64,000 nt of DNA, taken from positions 32,001 to 96,000 of the forward strand of contig CAXXSM010000036.1 in NCBI GenBank assembly GCA_963663405.2, in the 5' to 3' direction. The notes under the pieces are model-generated. The model was given only the letters and a program-made list of their open reading frames with translations, ran no database searches and was not told where the DNA came from. Below, in pieces: positions 1-10,007 of this stretch. Numbering within the stretch: the stretch's first letter is position 1; every line of letters begins with the position of its first letter. This DNA comes from a bacterium. Lineage in GTDB: Bacteria > Hinthialibacterota > Hinthialibacteria > Hinthialibacterales > Hinthialibacteraceae. A program made the translations under genes and the position numbers.

Positions 1-596
1 TAGATGAGATTCTGGATTGGTATGGGGATTTCAACCATATCCGGAATGCGATTTATGAACGGATCGGTTTTTTTAATGGAAATCCTAACGTTGTAATCCC
101 CGCTAGCACGGGAATTTATGGGAAAAACGCGAATGGGAACGCCTGTACTCTTGATGTATTGGCCATACGTTCCCGCAATGGGCGTCCTCTCGAATTCAAG
201 CGGATGGTGAATGCCCGGCAGAATGAGGCCACAGATTATGGGTCCGCGTTCTCGCGAGGCATTACGATTCATACGGATTCCGCCGCCTGCATGTTTATCT
301 CTGGGACGGCGTCTATTGATGAGTCCGGAAAAACCATTCACTTGGGTGACATGAAGCGCCAAACCAAACGGACCTTTCAGAATATTGAGACGTTGTTGGA
401 TGGACTTGGCGCTGAGATGAAAGATATAGTACAGGCGACAGCATTTGTAAAATTTCCTGAAGACGCGGAAACTTTCTATCAAGTTCGCCGAGAAATGAAA
501 CTAGAAAATGTTCCTATGATCTGCACGGTAGCCGATGTATGCCGCGACGATCTTTTATTTGAATTGGATGCGACGGCGGTTGTGCCCACCCGTTGA
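1..596 (+). CDS. Rid/YjgF-family protein, tandem-domain type, 5'-truncated by the window edge
   Basis: The frame is open from position 3 (DEILDWYGDFNHIRN...PASTGI). It has FISGTASID and a C-terminal CRDDLLFELDA with the conserved Arg and Glu of Rid enzymes. Confidence 0.75.
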   Translation, partial: DEILDWYGDFNHIRNAIYERIGFFNGNPNVVIPASTGIYGKNANGNACTLDVLAIRSRNGRPLEFKRMVNARQNEATDYGSAFSRGITIHTDSAACMFISGTASIDESGKTIHLGDMKRQTKRTFQNIETLLDGLGAEMKDIVQATAFVKFPEDAETFYQVRREMKLENVPMICTVADVCRDDLLFELDATAVVPTR

Positions 597-613
597 AATA
601 GACATAGAGAGCC

Positions 614-2557
614 ATGTGGATTTTATATTCTTCTTATATTCAATGTCGAAGGAATAATCGAGCGATTCCATCCTCTTTTTTTTTAATAGCCTGGATGGTT
701 TTCGCCCCGATCGGCTTAACGTGGGCAAAGGAGGATTCCCAATCCGATCTTATTTTTGTCCAGATTCCTGCCGCTGCTGAACCGGCGCAGTCTCCTTCGG
801 ATCTGATCTTTTTACCATCCGCCCGTTATGTAGATGGCTGCCGGATTGTGTGTCTCTCTCTTACGGATTCGAACGCGGTACCCAAGAATCTGACACCGGA
901 ATTCCTTTCGGCTCAAGATCCCGCTGTCTCGTTTGATGGTGAGACGATACTCTTTGCAGGTAAAAAGAGCGCGGCGGATTCCTGGTCGATCTGGCGAATG
1001 AACCGTGATGGAAGCGGAAAAGTAGAAATCACTCCGGAATTGAATGATTGTGTCAGCCCCCTTTTTGTGGGGGGATTGTTTTATCTGAATGATGACGCTC
1101 CATCGGATCAGATTGTATTCATGAGCGGCGATCATAATTGGATCAACGAGCAGGGCTCCACGCCCGCCTATTCCCTCTATGTGAGTAACCTTGAAGGGAA
1201 AAATTGTCATCGCATCACTTTCAATCTAAGCGGCGATTTTGATCCAGATGTTCTGCCAAACGGGCGCGTCGTTTTTACCAGCTGGCAGCGGTATGGAGGC
1301 CGGTTCGCGCCTACGGGAATGTTCTCACTTCTTGAAGTGAGTATTGATGGAACTGATCTAATGCCGTTTTACGGCAATTTCGAAAAACCGGTTTTCAAGG
1401 GGATGATCCGAGTTTCCGATGGGGACCGGATCTATTTCATCGAATCGGATCGCTCAACCTGGCTGGGTGGGGGGCGGATCGCGTATGTCTCATTCCGGCG
1501 TCCTCTCCACTCTCATCATATATTATGCCAGGACGCGAATGGTCTATACCATAGCCCGTGTCCATTGCCGGATGGGGGTTTGATTGCGCCGTACAGGCCC
1601 AATAATGATGAAACGCCTTTCGGACTTTATCGAATCGATCCTGAATCAGGCGAACGCTTAGAGACCATATATCAAGATGACGCATGGCGCTGCTTGGACG
1701 CGCATGTGTTAGGTCCTCATCCACGCGTGAAAGGTCGATCGAGCGTCGTCAATTTTGAACTCGATAAGGGCGTGTTTTATTGCCTTAATACATACGAAAG
1801 CGATCGGCCAGAAGCAAAAGCGATTGAGCCGGGATCGATCGCCCGTATGCGTGTGATTGAGGGAGTTCCTCTTCTTGCCAATCAACCGCCTCTCTCTACC
1901 TATTCCGCCACGCCGTTTGGTCTGCGCCGGATTCTGGGGCAGATACCGGTTGAAGCGGATGGATCGTTCCATATTGAAGTTCCTTCCCAGACACCAATCG
2001 CATTTCAACTATTAGATAAAAACGGCATGGCGCTGATGACTCATCGCAGTTGGATTTGGGCGATGCCGAAGGAAATGCGGGGATGCGCCGGCTGTCATGA
2101 GGACCGGGAACTGGCTCCTTCCAACCTTCTTGTCAAAGCGGTGGTGAAACCACCCTATTCATTAACTCTGCCACCTGAAAAACGCCGGACAACGGATTTT
2201 AAACATAATGTAGTTCCAATTTTAAAAGAGAGATGTGTTTTATGCCATTCGGAGGGAATGTCGCCGTTCGATCTCGATTTTGAAGAACAGGAGAAACGTG
2301 AAGACGCCTATAATCCTGCGTATAAGACACTGCTCGGTAAATCGGGAGAGAGACAGTATATAATTCCCGGCGATTCGAGGGAAAGCCCTTTAGTGTGGAA
2401 CCTATTTGGAGAGAAATTGGGATCGAGTCCCTATTCAGGTATTGTTGAAATGATGCCTCCTGGAGAAGCGCTCTCCTCGCTCGAGAAACGAATCATCGTG
2501 GAATGGATTGATATCGGCGCACAATGGGATAATCGAGTCGCGTTTGAAAATAATTGA
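614..2557 (+). CDS. Hydrazine synthase alpha-subunit-like protein (TolB-like propeller, middle domain, two c-type hemes)
   Basis: N-terminal hydrophobic segment; PD40-like repeats (DPAVSFDGETILFAG, DPDVLPNGRVVFTSW); middle-domain motif ILGQIPVEADGSFHIEVP...FQLLDKNGMAL; heme motifs CAGCH and CVLCH. Confidence 0.75.
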   Translation: MWILYSSYIQCRRNNRAIPSSFFLIAWMVFAPIGLTWAKEDSQSDLIFVQIPAAAEPAQSPSDLIFLPSARYVDGCRIVCLSLTDSNAVPKNLTPEFLSAQDPAVSFDGETILFAGKKSAADSWSIWRMNRDGSGKVEITPELNDCVSPLFVGGLFYLNDDAPSDQIVFMSGDHNWINEQGSTPAYSLYVSNLEGKNCHRITFNLSGDFDPDVLPNGRVVFTSWQRYGGRFAPTGMFSLLEVSIDGTDLMPFYGNFEKPVFKGMIRVSDGDRIYFIESDRSTWLGGGRIAYVSFRRPLHSHHILCQDANGLYHSPCPLPDGGLIAPYRPNNDETPFGLYRIDPESGERLETIYQDDAWRCLDAHVLGPHPRVKGRSSVVNFELDKGVFYCLNTYESDRPEAKAIEPGSIARMRVIEGVPLLANQPPLSTYSATPFGLRRILGQIPVEADGSFHIEVPSQTPIAFQLLDKNGMALMTHRSWIWAMPKEMRGCAGCHEDRELAPSNLLVKAVVKPPYSLTLPPEKRRTTDFKHNVVPILKERCVLCHSEGMSPFDLDFEEQEKREDAYNPAYKTLLGKSGERQYIIPGDSRESPLVWNLFGEKLGSSPYSGIVEMMPPGEALSSLEKRIIVEWIDIGAQWDNRVAFENN

Positions 2558-2796
2558 AACTACGCAAATCGGCTGATCGGGATTTTCTTTGTCAGAATCA
2601 AGATAACCAGGATGTAAGGATGAGCAGGATTTTTTTCAGATTTATGAATTCATCTATTTGATGTCAGATTCTACTCAGACGATTTTATCCTGAATATCCT
2701 ATTATCTTGGCCATCCAGATTCAGACAAAGGATGAAAACAAGATCAAACTATTCCATCAAACGAGTGGATTGATTGTCCGATCTGCGTAACGTTAG
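2554..2796. mobile_element. MITE-like element with imperfect terminal inverted repeats and a TAA flanking duplication
   Basis: TACGCAAATCGG (2561-2572) and CCGATCTGCGTA (2778-2789) are 11/12 inverted. TAA lies at both 2551-2553 and 2797-2799. Confidence 0.45.
2587..2730. repeat. Imperfect palindromic repeat with 9-nt periodic GGAT/ATCC motifs (copy A)
   Basis: CTTTGTCAGAATC...GATTCAGACAAAG ends; same family as 56767-56870 and 56973-57076. Confidence 0.8.
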
Positions 2797-2818
2797 TAAA
2801 ATTGTATGAGGTACGAGT

Positions 2819-4531
2819 ATGCGCAAACAGCGCTGTTCTTTTAATAATACTATTAATTCTATTTGCTCTTCGAAATGGATGGGAATTCAGTGGAATGTGT
2901 ATCCGCCGGTCCATCTGATTATCGTTTCGATTCTTGCATTTTTCTCACTCTCGCTTGCGCAAAGCGCGGAAGAACCGAAATACCCAACCTTCACAGATGT
3001 CACTCTCAAGGCTGGGATTCATTTTCAGCACAGTATTGGCGATCATGAACTAAGCAATATTATCGAAGGCACTGGCGCGGGGTGTTCTTTTTTTGATTAC
3101 GACGGTGATTCCGATCTCGATATCTACTTAATGAATGGCACATATGTTAAGGATTTAAGCCATATTAGAGGTCGTGTGAATGAAGGGAAACTCTTCAACG
3201 CGCTCTATCGGAATAATGGAGATGGAACCTTCACTGACGTCTCGAATGAGGCTGGTGTCGCTCACCCTGGTTTTGGGATGGCTTGCGTGGCGGCGGATTA
3301 CGATAACGATGGAGATTCCGATCTGTGGATCACGAACTGGGGGCCGAATGTCTTATACCGCAATAACGGGAATGGAACCTTTACCGATGTCACTAAAGAA
3401 GCGGGCCTTGAAAGCGATCTCTGGGGGATTGGCAGCGTCTTCTTTGATTATGATAAAGATGGAAATCTTGATCTTTATGTAGGGAATTATCTGCTATACG
3501 ATCCAGACTACACCTATCACTACGCCCCGGAAAAGTATCCAGGACCGCTTTCGTATGAAGGGCAGCCTGACATTCTCTATCACAATAATGGGGATGGGAC
3601 TTTTACGGATGTGACGAAGGAAGCGGGTGTCTATAATCCGGAGGGCCGGGCGATGGGCGTTTCTTCCTGCGATATCGACAATGATGGGGATATGGATGTC
3701 TTTGTCGCGAACGATGGGATGGAAAATTATCTCTACCGCAATAATGGCGATAATACATTTACAAATATCGCGCTGGAAACGGCGACTGGCTTTGGGCAGA
3801 GCGGGGAAGCCACTTCCGCGATGGGGCCGGAATTTGGAGATTTCGACCTGGATGGTTATATTGATCTCCTCGTTCCGGATATGGGGTATTCCTGCATCTA
3901 CCGGAATACAGGTTTAGGTTTTTTTGAGGAAATGAGCGCGCGGATGGGATTGGCGGCGTCCTGTGGGCAGTATACCAGCTGGTCGGGTAATTTCTTTGAT
4001 TTCGACTGTGACGGATATCTCGATATTTTTATCGCCAATGGGGACAGTCATAAATTGGATGCGGAAGAGGATATCCTGTTGCGTAATATTAACGGTCAGC
4101 GATTCGAAGATATCTCATCCGAATGTGGACCGGATTTCCAGGATAAATTCGTCAGCCGGGGATCGGCGATTGGGGATTATGATGATGATGGAGATCTGGA
4201 TGTATTGGTTTTAAATATAAACAATCGCGCGCGGCTCCTGCGAAATGAAGGTGGAAACCGGAACCATTGGCTGAAGATCCATACAATTGGAACGATAAGC
4301 AATCGCGATGGAATTGGTACGCGAATCCGTGTCACGGTTGGAGGGAAAACCCAGACGCGTGACATTGTGAGCAGTTCCGGCTATTTATCTCAAAACGATT
4401 ACCGGGCGCATTTCGGACTTGGCCAGTACGAGAAAGTGGACACCATCGAAGTGAGATGGCCTAGTGGGAAGAAACAAGTCTTGGAAAATGTGATGGGGAA
4501 TCAAGTCTTGGTTTTAAAGGAACCTAAATAA
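2819..4531 (+). CDS. CRTAC1-family protein (FG-GAP/VCBS repeats plus ASPIC/UnbV domain); true start may be downstream
   Basis: Repeated DYDxDGDxDL and NxLYRNNGDGTFTDV motifs; C-terminal SGYLSQND...HFGLG...VRWPSG. Confidence 0.9.
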   Translation: MRKQRCSFNNTINSICSSKWMGIQWNVYPPVHLIIVSILAFFSLSLAQSAEEPKYPTFTDVTLKAGIHFQHSIGDHELSNIIEGTGAGCSFFDYDGDSDLDIYLMNGTYVKDLSHIRGRVNEGKLFNALYRNNGDGTFTDVSNEAGVAHPGFGMACVAADYDNDGDSDLWITNWGPNVLYRNNGNGTFTDVTKEAGLESDLWGIGSVFFDYDKDGNLDLYVGNYLLYDPDYTYHYAPEKYPGPLSYEGQPDILYHNNGDGTFTDVTKEAGVYNPEGRAMGVSSCDIDNDGDMDVFVANDGMENYLYRNNGDNTFTNIALETATGFGQSGEATSAMGPEFGDFDLDGYIDLLVPDMGYSCIYRNTGLGFFEEMSARMGLAASCGQYTSWSGNFFDFDCDGYLDIFIANGDSHKLDAEEDILLRNINGQRFEDISSECGPDFQDKFVSRGSAIGDYDDDGDLDVLVLNINNRARLLRNEGGNRNHWLKIHTIGTISNRDGIGTRIRVTVGGKTQTRDIVSSSGYLSQNDYRAHFGLGQYEKVDTIEVRWPSGKKQVLENVMGNQVLVLKEPK

Positions 4532-4553
4532 AGGTAGTAAAGGAAGAGTAAGA

Positions 4554-7391
4554 ATGAGCAGGCGTTTGGCGATTGTCTTATTCAGCGTGGTTTTGGCGCT
4601 TCCCATGATTGATGGACGGCGCGCGCAGTCCGCTGACCGGATATATATGGGAGAATCCATCTGCCGCCAGTGTCACCACGACGCGATAGGCAAGCGGAAT
4701 CAATTCAATCTATGGCGGACGTCCAAACACGCCAACGCCTATGCGGCTCTCGCCATGCCGGAAGCGAAAGAAATCGCTGAACTGTCCGGGATCGATGTGA
4801 ATCCATTTGACAGCAAGGTCTGCCTGGGATGTCACACCACCGCTCCAGAAACTGAAGCGTGGGAACGCGACAGCCGTTTCTACTTTGAAGATGGAATCCA
4901 ATGTGAAGCCTGTCACGGTCCTGGCAGTGGATATATGGAACTGGACGTGATGATGGACCGGGAAAAGGCGATGATGGCCGGATTGAAGATGCCCGGCGAA
5001 GAATTCTGTATGGTCTGTCATAAAGAAAAAGGATCGCACACCGCGGTCTTGCGAGTGAAAGAGTTTAATTACAAAGACGCGCTTCGGGAAATCGCTCACG
5101 CGGGGAAGGGAGGGGATCTCCCGCAGATGGAAAAACCCGCCGTGAAACTTGAATCCGGGCCGAAATATACGGGGGCGATGGTGTGTGGGAAATGTCACCA
5201 AGGCTCCATGATGGGCCATCAATACAGCCTGTGGCGTAATTCCCGCCATGCGCGCGCGTTTGCAGTTTTAGGCACGGAAAAAGGATTGAAGATCGCGCGC
5301 GATCAAGGGATCGACAATCCACAGAAAGCCTCCCAATGCTTGAAATGCCATTCCACAGGATACGGAAATCCACCGGGCCGGTTTCTGAAGAGTTTTGATA
5401 TTGCGCAAGGCGTACAGTGTGAAAGCTGTCACGGCCCCGGCAGTGAATACAGCCCGGAAGCGGTCATGACCGATCCCATCGCCTCCCACGAAGCGGGCCT
5501 TTTGAAGGTAAACCGGGAGACTTGTTTGAAATGTCATAACGAAGAAAATTTTGATTTTCCTAAACGAGTCAAGCGAATCGCGCATCCCAAACCGAAAGGA
5601 GATCGAGTCTCTCAAATCGAATACAAAACCCCCTTCAATCTTGCAATTACAAAAGATGGAGAACGTTTGTTCATCGCTTGTGAAGGATCGGATAGTGTTA
5701 TTGTTGTGAACACGGATATCCACCGCGTGGTGGCGGAGATAAAAATCGAAAACCTGCCTCACGCGGTTGTTCTATCACCCGATGAGACTCGTGTATACGC
5801 GGCTAACCGGGGAACGGACACCATTTCTGTGATTGACGCGAATACCTACGAAGTCCTCACAACAATCGCCGTGGGAGACGAGCCGCATGAGATGGCGCTC
5901 AATAATGTGGGGGATATACTCTACGTGGCCAACGCCGCGTCATACGATGTGTCTATAGTCGATCTGAAGCAAAACCGCGAGGTCAAACGCCTTTCCGCCG
6001 CGCGGGGAACCTGGGGAATTGCGCCTTCGCCTGACGGTAAGAGGCTTTTCGTTTCCAATAACCTTTCTCACTATGTCAAATTCCGTGAACCGTCTAAATC
6101 CGAGGTGACGGTGATCGACGCGGATCGAGGAGTTGTAACAGATCGAATTATGATTCCCTCCGCGAATTTGGTCCAAGGCGTCGCTGTAGCGCCGGATGAT
6201 GAATTCGCGCTTGTTACACTGATCCGGACGAAGAACCTTGTCCCCATGACCCGTGTGATGCAGGGATGGGTGATTACGAATGGAATTGGTGTCTTGTGGA
6301 AAGACGGGCGGGTTGATCAATTACTTCTCGATGAGGTAAATAATTTCTTCGCCGATCCGACCGATGTTGTCATTACGCCGGATGGGAAATACGCGTATGT
6401 CAGCGCGGGGGGGATCGATAAAGTAGCCGTTATTGATCTTGACAAAATGAAAGCCCTGTTGGCGCGATCGACCGATAAAGAGCGCGAAGCGATTTTGCCC
6501 AATCATCTTACCGCCAGTATGGAATTTACACTCAAACGAATCGCCGTTGGACGCAGCCCACGCGGCATGACAGTCTCACCGGATGGGCGTTTTGTTTATG
6601 TGGCTGACGGGCTGGATGACACAATTTCTGTAATTGATGTGGCGAAACAGGAACGTACGAGCGTTATCGATCTGGGTGGACCGAAAGAGATCACACTCAC
6701 CCGCAAAGGGGAACGAATCTTTCACAGCGCCGAAGTGACATATGGGCGCCAGTTCTCTTGTCATTCCTGCCATCCTGATGGCGGGATCGATGGCATTACA
6801 TACGATATTGAACCGGATGGAGTTGGTTTAGATCCAGTGGATAACCGAACCCTGCGCGGTATACTCGATACGGCTCCATTTAAATGGACGGGGAAGAATC
6901 CTTCTCTCAGCCGCCAATGCGGTCCGCGTCTGGCGGTCTTTTTTACACGTATCGATCCGTTTACTCCCGATCAGGTCAAAGCGCTCGATCGGTATATCTG
7001 TACGATCCCCCGGTCACCGAACCGGTATCGTGTGGGAGATGAGTTGACGCCAGCGCAGCGGCGTGGTAAAGAGATGTTTGAACGAACTCATTCCAACGCG
7101 GGACGAGAAATCCCAATCGGCAACCGCTGTAATACATGTCATCCTGCGCCGTATTTCACCAATCGAGAAGTGGCGGATGTCGGCACGAAATCCTGGTTAG
7201 ACCAGGAGGGAATCCTCGATGTGCCTCATCTCAACAATATTTATGAAACGCCTCCTTTTCTTCATGACGGCCGGGCGGAGACATTGGAAGAAATCTGGAC
7301 GCGCTTCAATCCGAATGACGAACATGGTCTTACAAATGATATGACCAAAGATCAACTCAACGATTTGGTTGAATATTTGAAAACACTTTAA
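4554..7391 (+). CDS. Decaheme cytochrome c: two c554-like tetraheme domains, YVTN beta-propeller, diheme cytochrome c peroxidase-like domain
   Basis: Signal peptide and 10 CxxCH motifs (CRQCH, CLGCH, CEACH, CMVCH, CGKCH, CLKCH, CESCH, CLKCH, CHSCH, CNTCH); YVANxxSxDVSIVD-type repeats; C-terminal VPHLNNIYETPPFLHDGRAETLEE...LVEYLKTL. Confidence 0.85.
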   Translation: MSRRLAIVLFSVVLALPMIDGRRAQSADRIYMGESICRQCHHDAIGKRNQFNLWRTSKHANAYAALAMPEAKEIAELSGIDVNPFDSKVCLGCHTTAPETEAWERDSRFYFEDGIQCEACHGPGSGYMELDVMMDREKAMMAGLKMPGEEFCMVCHKEKGSHTAVLRVKEFNYKDALREIAHAGKGGDLPQMEKPAVKLESGPKYTGAMVCGKCHQGSMMGHQYSLWRNSRHARAFAVLGTEKGLKIARDQGIDNPQKASQCLKCHSTGYGNPPGRFLKSFDIAQGVQCESCHGPGSEYSPEAVMTDPIASHEAGLLKVNRETCLKCHNEENFDFPKRVKRIAHPKPKGDRVSQIEYKTPFNLAITKDGERLFIACEGSDSVIVVNTDIHRVVAEIKIENLPHAVVLSPDETRVYAANRGTDTISVIDANTYEVLTTIAVGDEPHEMALNNVGDILYVANAASYDVSIVDLKQNREVKRLSAARGTWGIAPSPDGKRLFVSNNLSHYVKFREPSKSEVTVIDADRGVVTDRIMIPSANLVQGVAVAPDDEFALVTLIRTKNLVPMTRVMQGWVITNGIGVLWKDGRVDQLLLDEVNNFFADPTDVVITPDGKYAYVSAGGIDKVAVIDLDKMKALLARSTDKEREAILPNHLTASMEFTLKRIAVGRSPRGMTVSPDGRFVYVADGLDDTISVIDVAKQERTSVIDLGGPKEITLTRKGERIFHSAEVTYGRQFSCHSCHPDGGIDGITYDIEPDGVGLDPVDNRTLRGILDTAPFKWTGKNPSLSRQCGPRLAVFFTRIDPFTPDQVKALDRYICTIPRSPNRYRVGDELTPAQRRGKEMFERTHSNAGREIPIGNRCNTCHPAPYFTNREVADVGTKSWLDQEGILDVPHLNNIYETPPFLHDGRAETLEEIWTRFNPNDEHGLTNDMTKDQLNDLVEYLKTL

Positions 7392-7410
7392 GATATAAGG
7401 GATCCTAGAA

Positions 7411-8589
7411 ATGAAAGGTATCTTTCCAATCGTTTTGGCTGTGAGTTGTTTCTGTTTCACCGCATTTGGAGAAGAGAAAGCAGTTGAGAAGCCTATCCTT
7501 GCTGGGGAGCCGTATGTCTATACCGAGTGGGAAGCGTTCACGACTGAATCCACACACGGTGGTTTGATCAACGACCATATTTTCGGCCTGACGGCGGATG
7601 GGAACCGGTTGTGGATTGGAACCGAGAACGGCTTGGTTCTCTACGAAAATGGAAAATGGAAACATTGGACCGAAGAAGACGGCCTGCCGTGGCGGGTTGT
7701 CAGTTCCATCGCAGTCAGCCCTAAAACAGGTGATGTATGGGTCGGTATGTTCGGAGGAGGAATCGCTCGTTTCAGCGCTGGGCGCTTTGATCATTTCCAT
7801 CAGTTGAACAGTGGATTGGTCAATGATGTCGTCTACTCTCTTGATGTGGAAGGCGATAACATTTGGGTCGCCACGACCGCTGGAGTCAGTTCGTACAATA
7901 CAATCACGGGGGAGTGGGAAATCTACACCGAAAAAAACGCGCCGATGGAAGAAATCTGGTGCTACAGTCTCGACGCTACAAAAGATAAAGTGCATGTCGC
8001 CGTATGGGGCGGCGGTATTCTAGAATGGGATGTCAAAGACCGGACTTGGACCGATCATCACGATCCGGATGGGGAGATGGAGATTGATCTTTATCGTGAT
8101 GATGGCCTGATTCACATTATCACCACTTCCGCGTCTTACGTTGATAATATTCTGTGGGCTTCCACTTATTTCGGTTTAAGCCGTTACGATGGACGGCACT
8201 GGCGGGGATATATGGATCACGACAGCGGCCTCGCCAGCAGTTTCATCAACCTTGCTAAAGGACGGAGCGGAACCTGTTGTTATAATGCGACGGACTATGG
8301 ATTGGCGGTTTTAGTGGATTTTGAAACCGATACATGGGTCACTTATCTGCGCGAAACCGAAGACGCCAAAACGTGGACGGCGGAAGTGAAAATCGGGAAT
8401 GAATTGATTCGTAAAGTTCCGACGCAGCTCTCCCTTCCCAATCATTTCATCATTTGTGTAGAATTCATGGGTGATGATGTGTGGATTGGAACCGGTCACG
8501 GACTGGCGCGTGGCATTGGAACCGGTTATTGGCCTGGACTAAAGAAATCAGAGAAGACAGTTTCAGCGAAAACAACGAAGTCTGAATAA
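7411..8589 (+). CDS. Secreted beta-propeller protein (two-component regulator propeller repeats)
   Basis: Signal peptide; repeated GLxxxxVxxxxxxGxxxWxGT units (LWIGTENGL, IWVATTAGV, VWIGTGHGL). Confidence 0.75.
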   Translation: MKGIFPIVLAVSCFCFTAFGEEKAVEKPILAGEPYVYTEWEAFTTESTHGGLINDHIFGLTADGNRLWIGTENGLVLYENGKWKHWTEEDGLPWRVVSSIAVSPKTGDVWVGMFGGGIARFSAGRFDHFHQLNSGLVNDVVYSLDVEGDNIWVATTAGVSSYNTITGEWEIYTEKNAPMEEIWCYSLDATKDKVHVAVWGGGILEWDVKDRTWTDHHDPDGEMEIDLYRDDGLIHIITTSASYVDNILWASTYFGLSRYDGRHWRGYMDHDSGLASSFINLAKGRSGTCCYNATDYGLAVLVDFETDTWVTYLRETEDAKTWTAEVKIGNELIRKVPTQLSLPNHFIICVEFMGDDVWIGTGHGLARGIGTGYWPGLKKSEKTVSAKTTKSE

Positions 8590-8612
8590 AAACATACTTG
8601 TTACGAGGTGAT

Positions 8613-9992
8613 ATGATGAAACAGTTCTTCGGCGTAATCTTTCTAATAAGTGTGTTATCTGGCGCGTGGGTATGGGCGGATGATGTATCCAATCCGCCTG
8701 CGAAATCGGAAAGCGCCGGGATAGCGAATTCGACGGAACTGCCAAATTATGGGGGGACGCCGGAGGAATATGTCCCCTTTGGACATTTTACGAAACCATA
8801 CAAGCGCTTTTTCCTTGAACCGCTTTTGTATCGGGGGTATGGACGTCATATCCCCGAACCCAAGCATGTGGAAAGCGTTAAAATCGGCTTTATCGGCCCA
8901 ATCATGAAAACCGTGTCGGTCGCGACAGGCGGCGCTTCGCATGAAGAACCACTCGGCCTAAAGATGCTGCAAGGCGCCCGCCTGGCGATCGAACACGCCA
9001 ACGCCAACGGTGGCTATCGTGGATCAGGCATCCCGTATGAGTTGGTCGTTAAAAATGACAACGGCCTTTGGGGCGCGTCCGGAAGTGAGATTATCGACCT
9101 CGCTTACAAAGATAAAGTCTGGGCGATTGTTGGCACGATCGACGGCGCCAACAGCCATATCGCGATCCGCGTCGCTCTAAAGATTGAAATCCCCATGATG
9201 AACACCGGAGACACCGATCCGACGTTTATCGAGACCAATATCCCTTGGGTGTTCCGCAATATCACCGATGATCGTACGATGTGTTATTTGTTGGCCGATT
9301 TCGCATTCAAGAAGCTGGGATTGACCAAAATCGCCGCTCTCCGCGCCGGCAACCGCTATGGACGCATGAGCATTGATGAGTTCCGCGACGGCGCCCGGCG
9401 GCTTGGATTTCCATTTGCCACGGAAATGCAGTATCGATTGGGGGACACCGACTATACTACTCAACTTAAACGGATTCAGGATCTTAAACCGGACGCGGTG
9501 ATTACGTACGGCAATTCATATGAATCCGCGCTGGTTCTCAAACAAATGCGGGAGATGGGGATGGATCAATGGTATTTCGGCAGCGACCGTATGGTGACAC
9601 AGGAATTTCTCGATATTGTTGGAGACAAAGCGGGTAAAGTCGCCGCTGGTTATCCCTATAATCCCACCAGCAAGGATGATAGACACGTTCAATTTATTGA
9701 AGCGTTCAAAGAGCGCTTTGGCGCCGAACCGGAAACATACGCGGGCCATGCCTACGATGGCATCGAAATGTTGGTCCAGGCGATTGAAGAAGCGGGTTTG
9801 AACCGCGCGTTGATCCGTGACACTCTTGCGGAGATGACTAATTTTCATGGCGTCACCGGTATAAAAGAAATGGACGCGGTTTTCAGCAACCGTTCAAGCG
9901 CCTGTCTTGCGATTGTGGAGGATGGTGAATTCAAATTCTATACACGCGATCAAATTTTGGGTGAAGATTCCCTCGAATTTACGAAACGTTAG
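8613..9992 (+). CDS. Type I periplasmic binding protein (branched-chain amino acid ABC SBP family)
   Basis: ATG at 8613 after GAGG; VKIGFIGP, GARLAIEHANANGG, YAGHAYDG, FHGVTG motifs. Confidence 0.85.
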   Translation: MMKQFFGVIFLISVLSGAWVWADDVSNPPAKSESAGIANSTELPNYGGTPEEYVPFGHFTKPYKRFFLEPLLYRGYGRHIPEPKHVESVKIGFIGPIMKTVSVATGGASHEEPLGLKMLQGARLAIEHANANGGYRGSGIPYELVVKNDNGLWGASGSEIIDLAYKDKVWAIVGTIDGANSHIAIRVALKIEIPMMNTGDTDPTFIETNIPWVFRNITDDRTMCYLLADFAFKKLGLTKIAALRAGNRYGRMSIDEFRDGARRLGFPFATEMQYRLGDTDYTTQLKRIQDLKPDAVITYGNSYESALVLKQMREMGMDQWYFGSDRMVTQEFLDIVGDKAGKVAAGYPYNPTSKDDRHVQFIEAFKERFGAEPETYAGHAYDGIEMLVQAIEEAGLNRALIRDTLAEMTNFHGVTGIKEMDAVFSNRSSACLAIVEDGEFKFYTRDQILGEDSLEFTKR

Positions 9993-10007
9993 TCTTGGCA
10001 GGTCCCG

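Noticed and set aside
614-7391. Calling the organism an anammox bacterium or the genes hzsA/hzsBC
   Set aside because: Only the architecture matches. The heme alpha-I Tyr is absent, the gene order differs, and HzsA-like domains occur in non-anammox bacteria.
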